Shown in pieces: positions 19,149-28,918 of a DNA stretch of 62,935 nt. Position 1 is the first letter of the stretch; each line of letters opens with the position of its first letter. A program made the position numbers and the translations under genes. The notes below the pieces were generated by a model that was not told the DNA's origin, searched no databases, and worked only from the letters and a program-made list of their open reading frames with translations. Where the stretch lies: NCBI GenBank assembly GCA_902766015.1, contig CACXCC010000034.1, forward strand, positions 1-62,935, in the 5' to 3' direction. Origin of the DNA: an uncultured Veillonellaceae bacterium. GTDB lineage: Bacteria > Bacillota > Negativicutes > Selenomonadales > Selenomonadaceae.

Positions 19149-21638
19149 ATGCAATTACTCTACAATATCGCAGCGGTCATCATCGTCGTCCTCGTGATCC
19201 CGATGTTTATGCTGCGCGCGGTCCGGGAAAAGGGCTTCGTCGAACGCATCCGTCAAAGTTTCGGCTTTTATCCGCCGCATGTACTCGATAAAGTCGAGAA
19301 AAAGAACTGTATCTGGGTACACGCGGCATCCGTCGGCGAAATCGTTGCGACGAGTCCGCTTATCAAGGAATTCCGCAAGGAGTTCCCGGACAGCCCGATC
19401 CTCATTTCGGTTGTTACGACGAGCGGCTACGAAATGGCAAACCGCATCATCAAGGACGCGGATGCGATTATTTACTTCCCGCTTGACCTACCTTGGCTCG
19501 CAAGCCATATTGTACGGCGCATTCGTCCGCGCGTATTCCTGCCGGTCGAAACGGAACTTTGGCCGAACTTCCTGAAAACGGCGCGGCGCATCCATGTACC
19601 CGTCATGATGGTCAACGGACGTATCAGTGACCGCAGTGCGCGTCAGTACAAATATCTGCGCGGACTTTTGCGCGATATGATCGGAACGGTCAAACTGTTT
19701 GCGATGCAGTCGCCGATTGATGCGGCTTACATCAAGAGCCTCGGCGCTCCGCCGGAACTCGTGACGGTCACGGGCAATACGAAATTCGACCAGACGTATA
19801 CGGATGTCAGCCCCGAGGAGAAACAGACGATCATCCGCGATATGGGACTGGCGGACAATGACGGCATTTTCCTTGCCGGGTCGACGCACCGAGGCGAAGA
19901 AGAGCCGGTTTTGACGGCATTTGCGGCCGTGCGTCAACGTCATCCGCATGCCCGTCTCGTCATCGCGCCGCGTTCCATTCAGCGCGCGCAGGAAATCGAA
20001 GAACTCTGTAAAAAAGAAGGCTTTACGGTCACGACACGCACGCGCCTGCAGAATGAACCGTCCCAGGGCGAGGATATCGTCATCCTCGACACGATCGGCG
20101 AACTCGGCAAAGTTTACAGTATCGCGAGCGTCGTTTATGTCGGCGGCAGCCTCGTTCCGCACGGCGGACATAACATTCTCGAACCGGCTGCACACGGCAA
20201 GGCGATCATCGTCGGACCGCACATGTTCAATTTCAAAGATACCTATGCACTCTTCAAGAACCGCGATGCCTGCCTGACGGCAAAAAATGCCTCGGAACTC
20301 GCCTCGGAAGTCTGCCGTCTTTTCGACGAACCGCAGCACCGAGAAGCAATGGAAAAGACCACGCTTGACATTGTGCGGGAAAACAAGGGCGCTTCGCGCA
20401 AGTCCGCCGTTCTTCTGCACCGGCTCATCGACGAATACGAAAGCCGCGAGGCACGCGAACGTCATGTCCGTTCAACGCAGAAAGTCGCGAATTTGCAGAC
20501 GTATTTCATCGGACTCGTGCATACTAAGGAAGTCGAAGGCATTCTTCCCAACCTGTTTATGGGGGTCCTGCATGGCTTTTCGCTGATTTACGGTCAGCTT
20601 TTGAACCTGAAACTCGCCGGATATCGTCAGGGGTTCTTTAAAAAGAAACACGTCGACTGTTTTGTTATCAGTCTCGGCAATATTACGGTCGGCGGCACGG
20701 GCAAAACGCCGACGGCGCAGCGACTCGCGCGCGATATCCGCGATATGGGGTATAAAGTCGTCATTTTGAACCGCGGTTACCGCGCGAAATGGCACGGCGA
20801 AGTCGGTATCGTTTCCGACGGAAACCGCCTCCATATGAATGCGGCGGAGGCAGGCGACGAAGCCTTTATGCTCGCAAAACATCTGCGTACCGTTCCGGTA
20901 CTCATCGGTGCCGATCGCGCCGTGACGGGACGTTATGCCGTCGAACATTTCGGCGCCGAAGTCGCGATCCTCGATGACGGATATCAGCATTGGCAGCTCG
21001 AGCGCGATCTCGACATCCTGCTCGTCGATGCCGTCAATGTTTTCGGTAACGGTTATATTTTGCCGCGCGGGACGCTCCGCGAGCCGATTTCCCACGTCAA
21101 CCGCGCCGATGTCTGCCTGCTCACAAAAGTCGACCAGGCGGAGATCGGTTCCCGCGAATACATTCAGCGGATGGTGCGTCAGTACAATGACAAAGCGCAG
21201 ATCGTCGAAAGTATTCATCAGCCGCGCAGTATCGTACCGCTTCCGGAATGGTCGGTTGACATTTCGGGGGAAGGTCAGCCCGTCTCCGAACTCGAGGGCA
21301 AAAAGATCATGGCCGTTTCGGCGATCGGCAACCCGTCATCGTTCGAGCAGACCCTGCTCGATCTCGGGACGAACATCGTCGAGAGCCTGCGTTATCCGGA
21401 TCACCACGATTATACGGAACAGGAAATGCGCGATATTCTCCGTCAGGCCGAGCAGAACGGCACGGAGGCGATCGTCATTACCGAAAAGGACGCCGTCAAA
21501 ATCCCGGCCGAAGTGGCCCGGGCCGATTGGCCGATCCCCATTTATGTCATTTGCGTCGAAGTCTGCTTCAAACAGGGAGCCGACGAATTCCGCGCTTTGC
21601 TGCAGGCCAGCCTCAAAGAGCGGCTCGGCCCGCGTTGA
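19149..21638 (+). CDS. bifunctional Kdo transferase (WaaA/KdtA) - tetraacyldisaccharide 4'-kinase (LpxK) fusion
   Basis: A single 829-aa ORF. The N-terminal ~430 aa are WaaA-like ('IWVHAASVGEIVATSPLI'). The C-terminal ~370 aa are LpxK-like with P-loop 'GNITVGGTGKTP' (about nt 20676-20711) and 'ILDDGYQH'. Confidence 0.85.
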   Translation: MQLLYNIAAVIIVVLVIPMFMLRAVREKGFVERIRQSFGFYPPHVLDKVEKKNCIWVHAASVGEIVATSPLIKEFRKEFPDSPILISVVTTSGYEMANRIIKDADAIIYFPLDLPWLASHIVRRIRPRVFLPVETELWPNFLKTARRIHVPVMMVNGRISDRSARQYKYLRGLLRDMIGTVKLFAMQSPIDAAYIKSLGAPPELVTVTGNTKFDQTYTDVSPEEKQTIIRDMGLADNDGIFLAGSTHRGEEEPVLTAFAAVRQRHPHARLVIAPRSIQRAQEIEELCKKEGFTVTTRTRLQNEPSQGEDIVILDTIGELGKVYSIASVVYVGGSLVPHGGHNILEPAAHGKAIIVGPHMFNFKDTYALFKNRDACLTAKNASELASEVCRLFDEPQHREAMEKTTLDIVRENKGASRKSAVLLHRLIDEYESREARERHVRSTQKVANLQTYFIGLVHTKEVEGILPNLFMGVLHGFSLIYGQLLNLKLAGYRQGFFKKKHVDCFVISLGNITVGGTGKTPTAQRLARDIRDMGYKVVILNRGYRAKWHGEVGIVSDGNRLHMNAAEAGDEAFMLAKHLRTVPVLIGADRAVTGRYAVEHFGAEVAILDDGYQHWQLERDLDILLVDAVNVFGNGYILPRGTLREPISHVNRADVCLLTKVDQAEIGSREYIQRMVRQYNDKAQIVESIHQPRSIVPLPEWSVDISGEGQPVSELEGKKIMAVSAIGNPSSFEQTLLDLGTNIVESLRYPDHHDYTEQEMRDILRQAEQNGTEAIVITEKDAVKIPAEVARADWPIPIYVICVEVCFKQGADEFRALLQASLKERLGPR

Positions 21639-21668
21639 CCGTCAAGTTTCATTTGGGAGGAAGAAATC

Positions 21669-22403
21669 ATGCAAGTTCTTTGTGTTATTCCGGCGCGCTA
21701 TGCGTCGACGCGCCTGCCGGGCAAACCGCTCAAAGATATTGCCGGCAAGCCGATGATCTGCCGTGTCTACGAACGTGCCGCGCAGGCAAAACGCGTGTCC
21801 GCAACGCTCGTCGCCACGGATGACGAACGCATCAAAACTGCCGTCGAAGAACACGGCGGTCAGGCCATGATGACGCGAAACGATCATCCGACCGGGACGG
21901 ATCGACTCGCCGAAGTCGCCGCCGCGCATACGGAAGCGGATCTCATCATCAACGTCCAGGGCGACGAACCGCTCATCGATCCCGGACTCATTGACGAACT
22001 CGCCGCCGCATTTGACGATGACGCCGATCTCCAAATGGCAACCGTTATGACGGAAATCACGGACCCGGAGGAACAGAAGAACCCGAACAATGTCAAAGTC
22101 GTGACGGATCAAAACGGCTACGCGCTCTATTTTTCGCGTTCCCTGATGCCGTATCCGCGTCACGAGGGGAAATCCCCGGTCTATAAACATATCGGCATTT
22201 ACGCATACCGCCGCGATTTCCTGCTGCGTTTCGCGAAAATGCCGCAGACGCCGCTCGAGCAGGCCGAATCGCTCGAACAGCTCCGCGCCCTCGAAAACGG
22301 CTATCGGATCCGCGTCATCAAAACCAATGCACGTTTTGTCGGCGTCGATACGGCCGAAGATCTCGCGCGTGTCAATGAAATCTATCGTCAGATGCAGCAA
22401 TAA
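21669..22403 (+). CDS. kdsB: 3-deoxy-manno-octulosonate cytidylyltransferase
   Basis: 244 aa. Motifs '[16 protein letters not shown]', '[10 protein letters not shown]' and '[10 protein letters not shown]'. Confidence 0.93.
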   Translation: MQVLCVIPARYASTRLPGKPLKDIAGKPMICRVYERAAQAKRVSATLVATDDERIKTAVEEHGGQAMMTRNDHPTGTDRLAEVAAAHTEADLIINVQGDEPLIDPGLIDELAAAFDDDADLQMATVMTEITDPEEQKNPNNVKVVTDQNGYALYFSRSLMPYPRHEGKSPVYKHIGIYAYRRDFLLRFAKMPQTPLEQAESLEQLRALENGYRIRVIKTNARFVGVDTAEDLARVNEIYRQMQQ

Positions 22404-22425
22404 GGAAAGCAGAGGAGGAACGAAT

Positions 22426-23250
22426 ATGAATCAGGTAACTGTCGGAAATATTACCATCGGCAACGGTGCGCCGCTGACACTCATCGCCGGACCGTGTGTC
22501 CTCGAAGGACTCGAACGGAGCCTTTTGATCGGGCGCGGCATCAAAGAGATTTGCGAGCGTCTCGGTGTACCGTATATTTTCAAGGCTTCGTTTGACAAAG
22601 CCAACCGTTCGTCCTATCACAGCTTCCGCGGACCGGGCCTCGAAAAAGGCCTCGAAATGCTGCAGCAGATCAAAGACGAACTGCAGGTTCCGGTTTTGAC
22701 GGACATCCACGAAGCATATCAGGCCGAACCGGTCGCTAAAGTCGTCGATATCCTGCAGATCCCGGCATTCCTCTGCCGTCAGACGGATCTTCTTGCGGCG
22801 GCCGCGAAAACGGGGCGTATCGTCAATGTCAAAAAGGGTCAGTTCATGGCGCCGCTGGACATGCGCAACGTCGTCGACAAACTGCACGAATGCGGCTGCG
22901 ATCAGATCATGTTGACGGAGCGCGGATCCTCGTTCGGCTATAACAATCTCGTCGTTGACATGCGCTCTCTGCCGATTATGCGTTCGTTCGGCTATCCGGT
23001 TGTCTTTGACGGAACGCACAGCGTCCAGCTCCCGGGCGGCGCGGGGACGTCATCTTCCGGCAACCGCGAATTCGTCGAACATCTCGTCCGCGCCGCTGTC
23101 GGCGCGGGCGTTGACGCACTCTTCCTCGAAGTTCATGACAATCCGGCCGAAGCACTCTCCGACGGAGCCAACATGGTCTATCTCGACAAACTCGAGAGCA
23201 TCTTACAAGACGCGCTCGCGATTTACGATACCGTTCGTCCGAAGATGTAA
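22426..23250 (+). CDS. kdsA: 3-deoxy-8-phosphooctulonate synthase
   Basis: ATG 22426 after a GAGGAGG RBS. Motifs '[12 protein letters not shown]', '[14 protein letters not shown]', '[13 protein letters not shown]'. Confidence 0.93.
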   Translation: MNQVTVGNITIGNGAPLTLIAGPCVLEGLERSLLIGRGIKEICERLGVPYIFKASFDKANRSSYHSFRGPGLEKGLEMLQQIKDELQVPVLTDIHEAYQAEPVAKVVDILQIPAFLCRQTDLLAAAAKTGRIVNVKKGQFMAPLDMRNVVDKLHECGCDQIMLTERGSSFGYNNLVVDMRSLPIMRSFGYPVVFDGTHSVQLPGGAGTSSSGNREFVEHLVRAAVGAGVDALFLEVHDNPAEALSDGANMVYLDKLESILQDALAIYDTVRPKM

Positions 23251-23262
23251 GCGGGGTGCGGT

Positions 23263-24231
23263 ATGATCAGGGAAAAAGCAATCGAAACGCTCGCCATCGA
23301 AGCCGAAGCCGTCAAACAGCTCGAAGGACGCATCGATGACGAGTTTGAAGCGGCTGTACGCTGCATTCTTGCCTGCTCCGCCCGCGTTGTCGTGACGGGC
23401 ATGGGCAAATCCGGACACGTCGGCCGTAAAATCGCGGCAACGCTGGCCAGCACAGGAACGCCCGCGTTCTTCATGCATCCGGCTGAAGCATTTCACGGCG
23501 ATCTCGGCATGGTCACGGAACATGACGTCGTGATCGCGATCTCCAACAGCGGCGAAACGGCGGAAGTCGTCAATATCCTGCCGATTATCCGCCGCATCGG
23601 GGCAAAAATCATCGCGCTCTGCGGCCGCCGCGAATCGGCGCTCGGGAAAAACAGCGATTATTTCATTGACGTCAGTGTCGAACGCGAAGCATGTCCGCTC
23701 GGTCTTGCACCGACGGCAAGCACGACGGCGACGCTCGCCATGGGAGATGCCATCGCCGTGGCACTCATGTCGATGCGCAACTTTACGAAACAGGATTTCG
23801 CTCTCTTCCATCCGGGCGGATCGCTCGGACGCCGTCTTCTCCTCAAAGTCAGTGATGTCATGCATACGGGCAAGGAAAATCCGCTCATTCACTGTGACAA
23901 AACAGCGAAAGATGCGCTCTTTGTCATGACGGATACGGGGCTCGGTGCCGCGTCGGTCATTGACGAAGACGGACATTTCGTCGGCCTGATCACCGACGGG
24001 ATCATCCGACGCGCCCTCGCGAAAGATTATAAGTTCCTCGACGAACCGGTCCGCGCGATCATGTTCAAAGAGCCGCTCTCGATCGGCCCGGACGAACTCG
24101 CGGCTTCCGCGCTTTCCGTCATGGACAAGCATAAACCGCGCCCCGTAACGGTTCTCCCCGTTATCGACAGCGCAAACAATCCGGTCGGCATGGTTCATTT
24201 GACGGATCTTTTGCGTCAGGGGGTAGTCTGA
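23263..24231 (+). CDS. kdsD: arabinose-5-phosphate isomerase (SIS + tandem CBS)
   Basis: 322 aa. SIS motif 'VVVTGMGKSGHVGRKIAATLASTGTPAFF' followed by two CBS-like repeats. Confidence 0.9.
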   Translation: MIREKAIETLAIEAEAVKQLEGRIDDEFEAAVRCILACSARVVVTGMGKSGHVGRKIAATLASTGTPAFFMHPAEAFHGDLGMVTEHDVVIAISNSGETAEVVNILPIIRRIGAKIIALCGRRESALGKNSDYFIDVSVEREACPLGLAPTASTTATLAMGDAIAVALMSMRNFTKQDFALFHPGGSLGRRLLLKVSDVMHTGKENPLIHCDKTAKDALFVMTDTGLGAASVIDEDGHFVGLITDGIIRRALAKDYKFLDEPVRAIMFKEPLSIGPDELAASALSVMDKHKPRPVTVLPVIDSANNPVGMVHLTDLLRQGVV

Positions 24232-24791
24232 TGAAGTACACGGAAGATGCGGTAGGGCGCGCCCGTAAGGTCAAGCTCATCATATTTGACGTCGACGGAG
24301 TTTTGACGGACGGCGGCATTTATGTCGGCGAAAACGGCGAACTCTTTAAGCCGTTCTTTGCGCGTGACGGTCTCGGCATTACGCTTTCGCATCGCGCGGG
24401 ACTGAAAACCGCCATTATTACGGGGCGTTCGTCCAAACAGGTCCTGCTTCGCGCCGAAGCACTGCATATCGGCGAAGTTTATCAGGGCAACCTCGATAAA
24501 CGCGCCGCATACCGCGATCTGCGCGATAAGCTCGGCCTGCGTGACGAAGAAATCGCCTATATCGGCGACGACCTCGTTGACCTGCCGCTTCTCGTTCAGG
24601 TCGGTTTCCCGGCCGCTGTCGGCGACGCGATGCCTGACGTCAAAAAACACGTCTGCTGTATCGCCGATCTTCCGGGCGGACACGGCGCCGTGCGCGAGAT
24701 TCTCGAATTCATCCTGAAAGCGCAGGGCAAATGGGAAGAACTGCTGGCCGGATTTATGAAACCGGCCGATCTTAAGGGACTCGCCCAATAA
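24231..24791 (+). CDS. kdsC: 3-deoxy-D-manno-octulosonate 8-phosphate phosphatase (HAD)
   Basis: 186 aa. Motifs 'LIIFDVDGVLTDG' and 'YIGDDLVDLP'. A TGATG overlap links it to kdsD. Confidence 0.88.
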   Translation: MKYTEDAVGRARKVKLIIFDVDGVLTDGGIYVGENGELFKPFFARDGLGITLSHRAGLKTAIITGRSSKQVLLRAEALHIGEVYQGNLDKRAAYRDLRDKLGLRDEEIAYIGDDLVDLPLLVQVGFPAAVGDAMPDVKKHVCCIADLPGGHGAVREILEFILKAQGKWEELLAGFMKPADLKGLAQ

Positions 24792-24822
24792 CGGCGGGAT
24801 ATGCATGGGAGGAAATCCGTTC

Positions 24823-25737
24823 ATGACTTATAAATTTCTGATGATGCTGAGTTTCATCGTCTGTCATACACCGTACCGCCTGCTCATGGGAATCGGCCGC
24901 ATACTCGGCAATCTCTACAATCTCCTCGTCAAAAAGGAGCGCGAGCGTGCCGTAAAACAGATGACGGAAGCTTTGCAGATACCTGAGGCGGAGGCAAGAC
25001 GTCTCGTCAAGGAGTCGTTTGTCAATTTGGCCCGCAATGTGCTGGAAATCCTCTACATGCCGCATCTCAACGAGAATAATTTCCGCGATTACATCGAAAT
25101 TGACCATCTCGAACGAATGAAGGAGGCGCTGGCCGAAGGACGCGGCGTCGTCGTGTTGACGGGGCATATCGGCACGTGGGAATGGCTCTCGGCGTCATTT
25201 ACGCTCAACGGACTTCCCGTTACGGCCATTGCGAAACCGCAGCCGAATATCCAGTACACGCAGGTTCTCGATGACCTGCGCGCGACGATCCACGTCGAGA
25301 TATTCTCACGTGGGACGAGCGAACTGCTCGCCGCGGCGCGTGCGCTCAAAAAGGGCAAAATCCTCGGATTCCTCGCGGATCAGGATGCCGGGCCGGGCGG
25401 TGCGTTTATTGACTTTCTCGGCAAACCGGCGTCAACGCCGATGGGGCCTGCCGTTTTTTCACGCAAATTCAACTCGCCGGTTGTCCCGGCCTTTATCCTG
25501 CGCCAGCCGAACGGCAAACACAAAGTCGTCATCGGCGAAGTCCTGCGTTACGAAGATCACGGTGACACGGACAAGGATCTCTATGACTTTACGGTCCGCA
25601 TGACGAAAATCGTCGAGCAGATCATCCGCGAGAATCCGACGCAGTGGCTCTGGTTCCAGAAACGCTGGAATACGCCGGTCAGCGAAAAGAAAACGGGTAA
25701 ACATCATACCGTCAAGGCGGAGGGGACTGAGAAATGA
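24823..25737 (+). CDS. lipid A biosynthesis late acyltransferase (LpxL/HtrB family), copy 2
   Basis: ATG 24823 after a GGGAGGA RBS. Motifs 'LTGHIGTWEWL' and 'NPTQWLWFQKRW'. Confidence 0.75.
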   Translation: MTYKFLMMLSFIVCHTPYRLLMGIGRILGNLYNLLVKKERERAVKQMTEALQIPEAEARRLVKESFVNLARNVLEILYMPHLNENNFRDYIEIDHLERMKEALAEGRGVVVLTGHIGTWEWLSASFTLNGLPVTAIAKPQPNIQYTQVLDDLRATIHVEIFSRGTSELLAAARALKKGKILGFLADQDAGPGGAFIDFLGKPASTPMGPAVFSRKFNSPVVPAFILRQPNGKHKVVIGEVLRYEDHGDTDKDLYDFTVRMTKIVEQIIRENPTQWLWFQKRWNTPVSEKKTGKHHTVKAEGTEK

Positions 25738-26285
25738 GCAAACAGGCAAAAATTGCGGCCGCCGTCGGGGCGATCCTCTTTGTCTGTCTCGTCGTCTGGG
25801 CCGTTCGAACCGTTCCGGAACCGCCGCCGAAAGATACCGGGACGCAGGAACAGCCGCACGTCATGTCCTATGACAACAATACGATCAGCGAAGAACGCGA
25901 CGGCGTCAAAATTTGGGAACTCACGGCCGATCATATCGACGTTGACATTCAGACGCAGAATGCGACGATGACAAACCTCAAAGGAACGTTCTACGAAGAA
26001 GACGGACGTACGGTCGCCGTCGAAGCGCCGCAGGCCGCATATGATGCGGGGACGAAAGACATCGCCATTACGGGCGGTGTCAAAATTGCGACGAGTGACG
26101 GAGCCGCCGTGGACTGCGGTGAACTGAAGTGGACATCCGCCGACGGTAAACTCGCCGCGACGGGAAGCCCCGTCATCACAAAAGATGATGTACTCGCTTC
26201 GGGCGAACGCATCGAAAGTACGGACGGATTCAACAAAGTCAAAGTTATCGGCAAGGCGCACTTTGAAAAAGGTGTGAAACAATAA
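25734..26285 (+). CDS. lptC: LPS export system protein LptC
   Basis: 183 aa with an N-terminal TM anchor and a beta-jellyroll-type sequence. It sits directly upstream of lptA-lptB and has an ATGA overlap with the preceding gene. Confidence 0.7.
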   Translation: MSKQAKIAAAVGAILFVCLVVWAVRTVPEPPPKDTGTQEQPHVMSYDNNTISEERDGVKIWELTADHIDVDIQTQNATMTNLKGTFYEEDGRTVAVEAPQAAYDAGTKDIAITGGVKIATSDGAAVDCGELKWTSADGKLAATGSPVITKDDVLASGERIESTDGFNKVKVIGKAHFEKGVKQ

Positions 26286-26300
26286 CGGGGAGTGTCGGGA

Positions 26301-26990
26301 ATGAAATTCAATAAACGCAGCAGTCGAATCGCGGTTTTGGCCGCCGTTCTCTGTTTGTCGGTCGGCGCGGTCTGTGCCGCCGCCGGAGAACCGGCGTCAC
26401 TTGACGCGGATACGGTGGAATATGACATGTCATCCGGTGTCGTCACGGCAAACGGTTACGTGCTCATGAAACAGGGCGCGTCAAGCGTTGCGGGTGACAG
26501 AGCCGTCTATAATACGAAAACGCAGGAAGGCGTCGTCGAAGGAAATGTCATCGCCGTGCGTGATGACATGCGCGTGACCTGTGCGCGTATTGCAACAGAC
26601 GGACAGGAACATATGCTGGCAACCGGCGGGGTTGTCGCGACGCAGCTTGACCGTACGTTTACGGGCGAGCAGATCGACTATTATCCGAATCAGAACAAAT
26701 ACATCCTCGTCGAAAACGGCGGTGTCATGACGTCAAACGAAGGCACGTTTTCCGCAAGCCGTCTCGAGGGCTGGATGGACGAGAAACATTTCATCGGCAC
26801 GGGAGATGCGCATCTCATCAGTCCGCCGAAAGACCTGGAAGCCGGCGGAGACCGCGTTGACTACTACGGACAGGAAAACGGCAAAGCCGTCCTGACGGGT
26901 AATGCGTGGGCGATTCAGGACAATAATTCGATGCACAGCAACCGTCTGACGATTTATCTTGCCCCGAACGGGGAAACTACGGTAAAATAA
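26301..26990 (+). CDS. lptA: LPS transport periplasmic protein LptA (OstA-like domain)
   Basis: Signal peptide. OstA-like 'LDADTVEYDMSSGVVTANGYVLMKQG..VAGDRAVYN' repeats. Position between lptC and lptB. Confidence 0.75.
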   Translation: MKFNKRSSRIAVLAAVLCLSVGAVCAAAGEPASLDADTVEYDMSSGVVTANGYVLMKQGASSVAGDRAVYNTKTQEGVVEGNVIAVRDDMRVTCARIATDGQEHMLATGGVVATQLDRTFTGEQIDYYPNQNKYILVENGGVMTSNEGTFSASRLEGWMDEKHFIGTGDAHLISPPKDLEAGGDRVDYYGQENGKAVLTGNAWAIQDNNSMHSNRLTIYLAPNGETTVK

Positions 26991-27041
26991 TAACCATGAA
27001 GGAAGCGCTCGCCGGTACATCCGGGCTTGGGAGGTAATGTC

Positions 27042-27761
27042 TTGCATATCGAAGCGAAAAATCTGGTCAAGATTTTTAAAAAACGAACCGTTGTCGACCG
27101 TGTTTCCGTACGCGTGGAAACGGGGGAGATTGTCGGCCTGCTCGGACCGAACGGCGCCGGCAAGACGACGACGTTCTATATGATCGTCGGCCTCGAACAG
27201 CCGAATTCCGGTCAGGTGCTGATTTCGGATATTGACATTACGAACCAGCCGATGTATAAACGCGCCGAGCTCGGCATCAGCTATCTGACGCAGGAAGCGT
27301 CGATTTTCCGCAAATTGACGGTGCGTGACAACATCATGGCGATCCTCGAGACGACGAAGCTCTCCAAAGCAGAGCAGCGCGACAAATACGACGAGCTTAT
27401 CGAGGAATTCAAAATCGGCCACGTACAGGAACGCCGCGGAACAGAGCTTTCGGGCGGTGAGCGTCGACGCGTCGAAATCGCACGCTGCCTCGCGCTCGAG
27501 CCGAAATTTATCCTGCTCGACGAACCGTTTGCGGGCGTCGATCCGCTCGCCGTTGCCGACATTCAGGATATTGTGCAATACCTCAAACAGCGCGGAATGG
27601 GCATTCTCATTACGGACCATAACGTCCGCGAAACCCTGCACATCGTCGACCGCGCATACATCCTCAACAACGGACGCATTCTCCTCGAGGGTGACAGTCA
27701 GACGATCGCCAGCAGCCCGGTAGCAAAGAAATTCTACCTCGGCGACAACTTTACGTTATAA
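27042..27761 (+). CDS. lptB: LPS export ABC transporter ATP-binding protein LptB
   Basis: TTG 27042 sits 7 nt after a GGGAGG RBS (the ORF track starts at 27027). Motifs '[14 protein letters not shown]', '[13 protein letters not shown]', 'ILLDEPFAG' and '[11 protein letters not shown]'. Confidence 0.92.
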   Translation: MHIEAKNLVKIFKKRTVVDRVSVRVETGEIVGLLGPNGAGKTTTFYMIVGLEQPNSGQVLISDIDITNQPMYKRAELGISYLTQEASIFRKLTVRDNIMAILETTKLSKAEQRDKYDELIEEFKIGHVQERRGTELSGGERRRVEIARCLALEPKFILLDEPFAGVDPLAVADIQDIVQYLKQRGMGILITDHNVRETLHIVDRAYILNNGRILLEGDSQTIASSPVAKKFYLGDNFTL

Positions 27762-27774
27762 ACAGGAGCCGATC

Positions 27775-28869
27775 ATGCATATCAGAATTCTTGACAAATA
27801 CATATTCCGCGAGGTTCTGCTCTCGTTCCTGTTCGGTATCTGTGCATTTTCGGCCGTTTTTATCGGTTCGGGAACGCTGTTTAAGATCGCCAAATATATT
27901 ACCGATTACGGTGCTTCGCTGCCGGCTGTCGCCAAGATTTTCGTCTTCGGGCTTCCGAGTGTCGTCATCTGGACATTCCCGATGTCCATGCTGCTCGCGA
28001 GCCTGTTGACGTTCGGGCGTATGTCGAGTTCGAGCGAAATCACGGCGATGAAATCGTGCGGCATCAGCTTTTCGCGTATCGCGATGCCGGCGATCCTGCT
28101 CGGTATCGTCGTCAGTATCGGCGCTATCGCGTTCAACGAGTATGTTGTCCCGTGGGCCAATACGGCATACCGCAATGTTCTTTACTATGAAATTCAGGGC
28201 AACACGAGCATGAAGTCGCAGGATCACGTCATCCTGAAGGAAATCAAGGAAGGCGAAATCCAGCAGCTCGTTTACGCGCGCCGCTATGACGCGGAAACGC
28301 AGACGCTTCAGGGACTCGCGGTGCAGTCCTTTGACGCGGAAGGAAACATCCGCCATGTTGAGCATGCCGAATACGCCGATTGGTCGCTCAAGGAGTGGGT
28401 CATGCATGACGGCACGATTTATGACATCAATGACGGTCAGACGGGCCACCAGCTGAAATTTGACACGCAGGTACTGCCGATTTCGGCGAGCCCGAAACAG
28501 ATCGTCCGCGAGCAGAAAGACCCGAGCGAGCTCACGATGCGCGAACTGCGCGCCGAGATCAGCATCCTTAAAACGCAGTATGTCAATACGAATAAGCTTG
28601 AAACGGAGTTTTACCAGCGCATCAGCGTGCCGCTTGCGAGTTTGATTTTTGCACTCATCGGCATTCCGCTCGGACTTCAGCCGACGCGAAACAGTTCGTC
28701 GGCGGGCTTTGCGATGAGTATCATCATTATCTTCATTTACTACGCGCTCATGACCATGGGGAACGCCTTGGCGCGCGGCGGGATCATCGCGCCGATGTTC
28801 GCGGTCTGGATCCCGAATATCGTCGGTATTATTGCGGGCGTCATTTTGATGAAACGGGCGTCCAGGTAA
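27775..28869 (+). CDS. LPS export ABC transporter permease, LptF/LptG (YjgP/YjgQ) family, single copy in window
   Basis: 364 aa. 'ILDKYIFREVL' start, 3+3 TM segments around a central ~130-aa periplasmic domain. Confidence 0.85.
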   Translation: MHIRILDKYIFREVLLSFLFGICAFSAVFIGSGTLFKIAKYITDYGASLPAVAKIFVFGLPSVVIWTFPMSMLLASLLTFGRMSSSSEITAMKSCGISFSRIAMPAILLGIVVSIGAIAFNEYVVPWANTAYRNVLYYEIQGNTSMKSQDHVILKEIKEGEIQQLVYARRYDAETQTLQGLAVQSFDAEGNIRHVEHAEYADWSLKEWVMHDGTIYDINDGQTGHQLKFDTQVLPISASPKQIVREQKDPSELTMRELRAEISILKTQYVNTNKLETEFYQRISVPLASLIFALIGIPLGLQPTRNSSSAGFAMSIIIIFIYYALMTMGNALARGGIIAPMFAVWIPNIVGIIAGVILMKRASR

Positions 28870-28918
28870 CAGATCCGTTGGTTTACACAAAAATTTTCGG
28901 GGAAAGCAGGGAAAAACG

